Shown here: positions 59,251 to 64,000 of the stretch, in pieces
How positions within the stretch are numbered: the first letter of the stretch is position 1
Layout: every line of letters begins with the position of its first letter
NCBI GenBank assembly: GCA_016210005.1
Contig: JACQVA010000008.1
Location: 10,625 to 74,624 of the forward strand
From: Deltaproteobacteria bacterium
Lineage (GTDB): Bacteria; Desulfobacterota; Binatia; HRBIN30; JACQVA1
Direction of reading: 5' to 3'
Length of the DNA stretch: 64,000 bases
Notes under the pieces: generated by a model
Told to the model about the DNA's origin: nothing
What the model saw: the letters and a program-made list of their open reading frames with translations, nothing else
Databases searched by the model: none
Position numbers and translations under genes: made by a program

Positions 59251-60078
59251 ATGGCGACTCAACCAACAACCGCTGCCGTGGTTGCCGCGACTGCGCCAGC
59301 CGCCAGGGGGACGCAGGACCGGCCGAAGGTCGTGGTGGTAATGCCCGCTTACAACGCCGCGCGTACGCTGCGCATGACCTATACCGATCTACCGCATGAC
59401 TCGGTCGATATGGTCATCTTGGTCGACGACGGCAGCACCGATGATACCGTCGCCGTCGCCCGCGAGTTGAACCTCAAGCTGTTCCTGCACGACCGCAACT
59501 ACGGTTACGGCGCCAATCAAAAGACTTGCTACGCCGAAGCCCTACGCGCAGGCGCTGACATCATCGTCATGGTTCACCCCGATTATCAGTACGACCCCCG
59601 CCTGCTGCCCGACATCGTCCACCCCATTCAACGGGGCGAGGCGGACGTCGTACTCGGCTCGCGGCTCAAGAGCGGCTCGGCCCTCAGTGGCGGCATGCCC
59701 TGGTGGAAGTACGTCTCCAATCGCTTCCTCACCGGGGTGGAGAACTGGGCCTTCGGACTGCACTTGTCCGAGTACCACACCGGTTACCGGGCCTACCGCC
59801 GTGAAGTGTTGGAGACCGTTAACTTCCGGCTCAACGCCGACAAGTTCATCTTCGATCAGGAGATCATCGCTCAGGTGGTCGACGCCGGCTTCCGCATCGC
59901 CGAGGTGGCAGTGCCGACCCGCTACTTCGCCGAAGCGTCATCGGCGAGTTTCTTGGCCAGCGTTCGCTACGGGCTCGGCATCCTCTGGGTGGTTGGACGC
60001 TATCTGATGCACCGCTCCGGGCGCTGGCCGCAGCGGCAGTTCCAGAGCCTGCAGGGGCGCTACCGGGCGATCAACTGA
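59251..60078 (+). CDS. Glycosyltransferase family 2, polyprenyl-phosphate sugar synthase type (Dpm1/GtrB/ArnC-like).
   Basis: AAGGAG RBS; VVVVMPAYNAARTL, VDDGSTDDT and the DxD region. Confidence 0.8.
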   Translation: MATQPTTAAVVAATAPAARGTQDRPKVVVVMPAYNAARTLRMTYTDLPHDSVDMVILVDDGSTDDTVAVARELNLKLFLHDRNYGYGANQKTCYAEALRAGADIIVMVHPDYQYDPRLLPDIVHPIQRGEADVVLGSRLKSGSALSGGMPWWKYVSNRFLTGVENWAFGLHLSEYHTGYRAYRREVLETVNFRLNADKFIFDQEIIAQVVDAGFRIAEVAVPTRYFAEASSASFLASVRYGLGILWVVGRYLMHRSGRWPQRQFQSLQGRYRAIN

Positions 60079-61474
60079 GAGGCCGCCGCGCGTATACCTG
60101 CACCGCGTCGATGGTGCCGACGCGCTCGTAGCGCGCGTTGATCTGCGGTTGAAAGTCACTCCAAGTGGTGGGTACAGTCACGATCACCTGGGGCTCGCCG
60201 GCACTGATCAGGGCGCCGATACGCCCGAGGGTCAGGCAATGCCGGGCGGCGGCCTGCGGCTCGGCGAGCTTGCGCGCCATGTTGGCTTCCCAGAAGCCGA
60301 CACCGCGATAACCCGGCCGGCCGGCGAAGGTGGGGTATCCTTCCCACCACGAGAGCACCGGGTCGTTGGGGCGGCTGTGCCGCTGAATCAGCGCCACCAC
60401 CGCCGCTACCGTCGGGCGGCTCCAGAGGCGGTTCTTCGCCTCGCCTTCTTCGGAGAAGACGCTGATCGGTGAGAGGCCGAGCGTGGGGAGTAGACAGAGC
60501 ACATACACCGCCACGGTTGTCGCCAGCGCGCGGCGATGGCGAGCGAGCCGTTGCATGCCCGGCGCGGCCGCGGCGAACAGGAACGGCAGCAGCTGGACTG
60601 CGTAGATCAGGTAGGTCGGGGTGGCCTGCAGCAAAGCCGCGCCGATCAGCACGCAGGCAACGGCGGGCAGTACCGGCACGGAAGCGCCGGCGCCTGCGGT
60701 AACCAGAAGTAACAACAAGTTCTGAGGAAACAGAAGCCACTTCAGCAGGACCGCCGCCTTCTGCCATGCGGCCGCGATCGGGTCGGCGAAATTGCCGCGC
60801 AAGGCGTGGAAGCTGTAGTTGCCGAAGATGAAATTGGCGGGGTCGATCAGGGCCAGGATTCCCGCGGGTGCGAGTGCGAGCGCAAAGCCGGCGGCCAGCG
60901 GCAACAACGCCCGCGCCCGGCCATGCCACCACAGCCCGGCGGCGTACGCCGGCAGCAGCGGCAGCAGCGGCAAACGGCAGCCGACAGCCAAGCCGAGGCA
61001 CAACCCAGCCCAACCGGGCCGGGCGCGCTCGATGGCGATAAAGGACACGAAGGCCAGTAGGTCGGACGGAGCATGCGTAATCGCGGTGGCGTGGGTGCTC
61101 AGCTTCAAGCCATGCAAGACGAAGCAGGCGAAGAGCGCCAGGCGCGCGGTCGCGGACAGCTGCCAGCGGGCGCTCTCGCGGTACAAAACCCACGACAGCA
61201 CGATACTACAGGCGGCTGCCGTGATGCGGGCTGCCGTCAGCAGCGGCAGCCCGGCCAGCACCAGCGGCGCGAACAGATACGGCAGGTACGGCATCTGGGG
61301 ATAGAAATAGTCGCGGTAGAGCACCTGGCCGGCGGCCACCTGCCGGCTGGCGGCGAGGTAGAACCCTTCGTCGGGATTGATGCGGCGGTGAAATACCATC
61401 CAGACGAGCAGCAGCGCCTGCAGCAGCAACAGCAGCCCGGCGGCCGTTGCTGTTCGTCGCGGTGTCAGATGCAT
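60071..61474 (-). CDS. GT-C-like multi-TM membrane protein, a putative polyprenyl-phosphate-sugar-dependent glycosyltransferase.
   Basis: 480-aa ORF with about 10 TM segments and the N-terminal loop motif INPDEGFYLAAS. It converges on the GT2 gene and overlaps it by 8 nt. Confidence 0.5.
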   Translation of the reverse strand: MHLTPRRTATAAGLLLLLQALLLVWMVFHRRINPDEGFYLAASRQVAAGQVLYRDYFYPQMPYLPYLFAPLVLAGLPLLTAARITAAACSIVLSWVLYRESARWQLSATARLALFACFVLHGLKLSTHATAITHAPSDLLAFVSFIAIERARPGWAGLCLGLAVGCRLPLLPLLPAYAAGLWWHGRARALLPLAAGFALALAPAGILALIDPANFIFGNYSFHALRGNFADPIAAAWQKAAVLLKWLLFPQNLLLLLVTAGAGASVPVLPAVACVLIGAALLQATPTYLIYAVQLLPFLFAAAAPGMQRLARHRRALATTVAVYVLCLLPTLGLSPISVFSEEGEAKNRLWSRPTVAAVVALIQRHSRPNDPVLSWWEGYPTFAGRPGYRGVGFWEANMARKLAEPQAAARHCLTLGRIGALISAGEPQVIVTVPTTWSDFQPQINARYERVGTIDAVQVYARRPLS

Positions 61475-61562
61475 AGCGGGGCGCGAGTAGCACTGGCGCT
61501 TCCGCGCTGTCAATGCGCCTCGAGCGGAAAGCCACGATGAGGGCAGCTCCGGGGGCCGGAGA

Positions 61563-63269
61563 TTGCGCCAGCGCTACGCGGTGCCGGGGCGGGGGATGAG
61601 CAGCGGGATGCGGGCGGGCGGACAGAATGGCGCACCGATTGGGCAGGTGATCCGGGACTCCGGCATCGCCTCGGTACTGGCGGTGCTGATCGGCGGGGTG
61701 ACCACTGCCATGCTCCTGCGCGAAGCCGGCGGCAGCCCGTTGGGCTTGCTCCACCGGGGCGCGGGCTCGGCCTTTGCCCTCGGCGCTCTGCTGGCCGGCA
61801 GTGCGTTCAACTTCGGCGGGCGCTGGATCCGCTGGCAATACCTGCTGCGGGTCTGTGAAGTGCGGTTGCCGACGCGGGAAAGCGCGCGGCTGTTCTTCTC
61901 GTCCTTCGCTGTGCTGCTCACACCGCTCTACCTGGGCGAGATCATTTTCAAGGCCTTCGTGCTGCAGCGGCGCCGCACTACGCCGGTGGGGTTGACCGCC
62001 GCCGTAGCGTTGGCCGAACGCCTGTACGACTTTGCTGCTCTCATGCTTATCGCCGGGCTCGCGGGTCTGGCCAGCGGACACGCCACCGGCTGGCTGCTCC
62101 TGCCCACGGCGGCGTTGTGTATCCGGCCGATCCGGCGCGCGCTGATGGCCGCCGCCGCGTGGCCGGTGATGGCGGCGGGCAAGCTCGCACTCGGCGCCGA
62201 TACCCAGCCGGCGCGCGAGACGATGCTCGCGCTGGCCGATGACGCCGTGTCGTTGCCAACCGTCGCGCTGTCGGTGCTGTGTTGGCTGCCGGTGACGCTG
62301 GCGTTGTGGCTGGTGGGGATTGCCGGCGCTTTGCCGATCGGCCTGGTGCCGGGCGCACGGCTGTTCTCGACCTCGGCGCTGCTCGGCGGCGTCTCGCTAC
62401 TCCCGGCTGGAGTGGCCATCGCCGGACAGAGCATGGTGCATGGGCTGACGGAACTCGGCGTGGAATTTCCCCGGGCGGTGGCGGCGGTGGTGCTGGTGCG
62501 TTTGGGGACGCTGGGGCTCGCCATCGGTGTCGGCCTGGCGGCGCTGGCCTGGACGGCCTGGCGCGGCGAATTCGCCGATACCGGGGCGCAAGCGCACTTC
62601 GATCGCGTCAGCGCGGTGTACGACGCCGAGATCCCCTTGCACGTGCGCGACTACGTGGTCCGGCGCAAGGTCGACCTCATGGCCGCCGGCATAACCGGGG
62701 CGGCGCCGGTGGGACTCGATCTCGGCTGCGGCCGCGGCTACTACCTCGAAGAGCTGCGCCGGCGCGGCTATCGCGTGGTCGGCAGCGATCTCTCTGCCGG
62801 GCAGCTCAGAACCGCCCGGGCCGCGGGTGAGGCGGTTGCCGCCGATGCTTCGCAACTGCCGTTTCCCGATGGCACGTTCGATTTTGTATACAGCGTCAAC
62901 ATGTTCCACCATCTGCCTCGGCTGGAGATGCGGCGGCAGGGGTTGGCGGAGATTCGTCGCGTGCTGAAGCCGGGCGGCCGCTTCTTCTTGCACGAGATCA
63001 ATGTGACCAATCCGCTGTTTCGCTTTTACATGAGTTACGTGTTTCCGATTCTGCGCCACATCGACGATGGCACCGAGCGCTGGATCCTGCCCGCCACGCT
63101 GGCGGGGCCACCCGGGCTCAGCCTGTGCGCGGTGCGCTACTTCACCTTCATCCCCGATTTCCTGCCGCGCTGGGCCGCCCGCTGGATGCACGGCCTGGAG
63201 CAGCGCTTGGAAGCCAGCCGCTGGGCGCAGTTCAGCGCCCACTTCGTCGCCGACTTCGAACGAACGTGA
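61563..63269 (+). CDS. Fusion protein: an MprF-type flippase-like TM domain (LPG-synthase-TM / TIGR00374-like) joined to a C-terminal class I SAM methyltransferase.
   Basis: The N-terminal 330 aa are multi-TM with LTPLYLGEIIFKAFVLQRRR..ERLYDFAALMLI. The C-terminus has VGLDLGCGRGYYL and VLKPGGRFFLHE. Confidence 0.65.
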   Translation: MRQRYAVPGRGMSSGMRAGGQNGAPIGQVIRDSGIASVLAVLIGGVTTAMLLREAGGSPLGLLHRGAGSAFALGALLAGSAFNFGGRWIRWQYLLRVCEVRLPTRESARLFFSSFAVLLTPLYLGEIIFKAFVLQRRRTTPVGLTAAVALAERLYDFAALMLIAGLAGLASGHATGWLLLPTAALCIRPIRRALMAAAAWPVMAAGKLALGADTQPARETMLALADDAVSLPTVALSVLCWLPVTLALWLVGIAGALPIGLVPGARLFSTSALLGGVSLLPAGVAIAGQSMVHGLTELGVEFPRAVAAVVLVRLGTLGLAIGVGLAALAWTAWRGEFADTGAQAHFDRVSAVYDAEIPLHVRDYVVRRKVDLMAAGITGAAPVGLDLGCGRGYYLEELRRRGYRVVGSDLSAGQLRTARAAGEAVAADASQLPFPDGTFDFVYSVNMFHHLPRLEMRRQGLAEIRRVLKPGGRFFLHEINVTNPLFRFYMSYVFPILRHIDDGTERWILPATLAGPPGLSLCAVRYFTFIPDFLPRWAARWMHGLEQRLEASRWAQFSAHFVADFERT

Positions 63270-64000
63270 GCGACCGAGCCACGGTGTTTCCGCCCATCCG
63301 GCTGGGGCTGGTGATCGGGCAGCTCAGCGCGGGCGGCGCCGAGGGCCAGCTCTTGCTGCTGTGCCAGGGCCTCGATCGCGCTCGCTTCAGTCCGGTGGTG
63401 TATTGCCTAGGCGATCGGACCATCCCTTACGCGCCGCTGCTCGAGGCCGCGGGCGTGCCGGTACGGGTGATTGCCGGTGCGCGCCCCGCAAGACTGTGGC
63501 GGCTGGCGCAATGGTTGAATCGCGATCGTATCGAGGTGGTGCACGCCTGGCTGTTCATTGCCAACGCTTACGCCTGGCTGGCCAACCGCCATCGGCGCCG
63601 CCCGCTGCTGACTTCCGCCCGTAACTGCAAGCGCCAGGGCTGGCTGCTCGACCGGCTCAACCGCCGCGCCTTCGCTGCCAGTGACGTGATTGTCGCCAAC
63701 TCACAACAAGTGGCACGCTACATCGCAGAGCAATACGGTGCCCCGCCCGGGCGCACCACGGTGGTATACAACGCCATCGATACGCAGCGCTTCCATCCAC
63801 CGGCGCAGCGTGACGGCGGCGGTTTGTGTGTCGTCATGATCGGCCGGCTGGTGCCGCAGAAGGACCCACTGCTGTTCGTCGCCGCCGCCGCCGCCCTCCG
63901 CCAGCAGCTGGCCGGCGTGCGCTTCGTGCTGATCGGCGACGGGCCGTTGCGGGGCGAGGTCGAGGCGGCGGTAACGGCGGCCGGCCTGCAAGCTTGTTGC
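63266..64000 (+). CDS. Glycosyltransferase family 4; the 5' portion only, since the gene runs off the right edge.
   Basis: The GTG overlaps the upstream stop. IRLGLVIGQLSAGGAEGQLLLL is a typical GT4 N-terminus. It is missing from the ORF track because there is no stop in the window. Confidence 0.7.
   Translation, partial: MSDRATVFPPIRLGLVIGQLSAGGAEGQLLLLCQGLDRARFSPVVYCLGDRTIPYAPLLEAAGVPVRVIAGARPARLWRLAQWLNRDRIEVVHAWLFIANAYAWLANRHRRRPLLTSARNCKRQGWLLDRLNRRAFAASDVIVANSQQVARYIAEQYGAPPGRTTVVYNAIDTQRFHPPAQRDGGGLCVVMIGRLVPQKDPLLFVAAAAALRQQLAGVRFVLIGDGPLRGEVEAAVTAAGLQACC

Overview
This 64 kb window has about 69% GC and reads as a chromosomal segment. It probably comes from an F420-using bacterium with strong AAGGAG-type ribosome-binding sites, but I cannot place it confidently.

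Positions 1 to 16,000 carry housekeeping and redox genes, mostly on the minus strand:
- A very large secreted multidomain carbohydrate-active protein is missing from the ORF track because its stop codon lies beyond the left edge; it has a signal peptide, a Pro/Thr linker and a C-terminal GxSxG esterase.
- A SAM-dependent methyltransferase.
- A MaoC-like dehydratase.
- Alanine dehydrogenase.
- A fumarate-reductase/KstD-like FAD-dependent oxidoreductase.
- A SnoaL-like protein.
- Three F420-type enzymes: two luciferase-like monooxygenases and a DUF385-family deazaflavin-dependent reductase.
- A Tat-exported NarG-like molybdopterin oxidoreductase with no partner subunits.

From about 16.5 kb to the right edge there is one exopolysaccharide locus of roughly 47 kb, almost entirely on the plus strand. 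It begins with a degenerate sensor kinase and a sigma-54-dependent response regulator. A consensus sigma-54 promoter lies 25 bp upstream of an ExeA-like ATPase that carries LysM and SPOR domains. A NusG-family antiterminator follows, with a long hairpin just after it.

The core assembly and export set is present:
- A Wza-like exporter.
- A Wzz-like chain-length protein with a His-Gly-Asn repeat tail.
- A tyrosine-kinase-like protein lacking the Walker A lysine.
- A Wzy-like polymerase and a Wzx flippase.
- A priming sugar transferase with inverted domain order.
- A FemAB-like GNAT, which together with the ATPase is typical of PEP-CTERM-style loci.

Nucleotide-sugar tailoring and polymer decoration are unusually rich:
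- An aminotransferase, two SDR epimerases and a Gfo/Idh oxidoreductase.
- Five or more GT4 glycosyltransferases.
- A carbamoyltransferase.
- Four methyltransferases.
- An O-acetylation module of MBOAT, two SGNH proteins and an untracked 59-aa DUF5989-like ORF.
- An HPr-kinase-like P-loop protein.
- Three alkaline-phosphatase-superfamily enzymes.
- A 1377-aa secreted protein made of four tandem parallel beta-helix modules.
- A GtrABC-like periplasmic glycosylation module: a GT2 polyprenyl-phosphate sugar synthase, two GT-C membrane transferases, and an MprF-flippase-like domain fused to a methyltransferase.

No exosortase, rRNA, tRNA, CRISPR array or obvious mobile element was found. All domain assignments come from reading motifs in the translated sequence, not from database searches.
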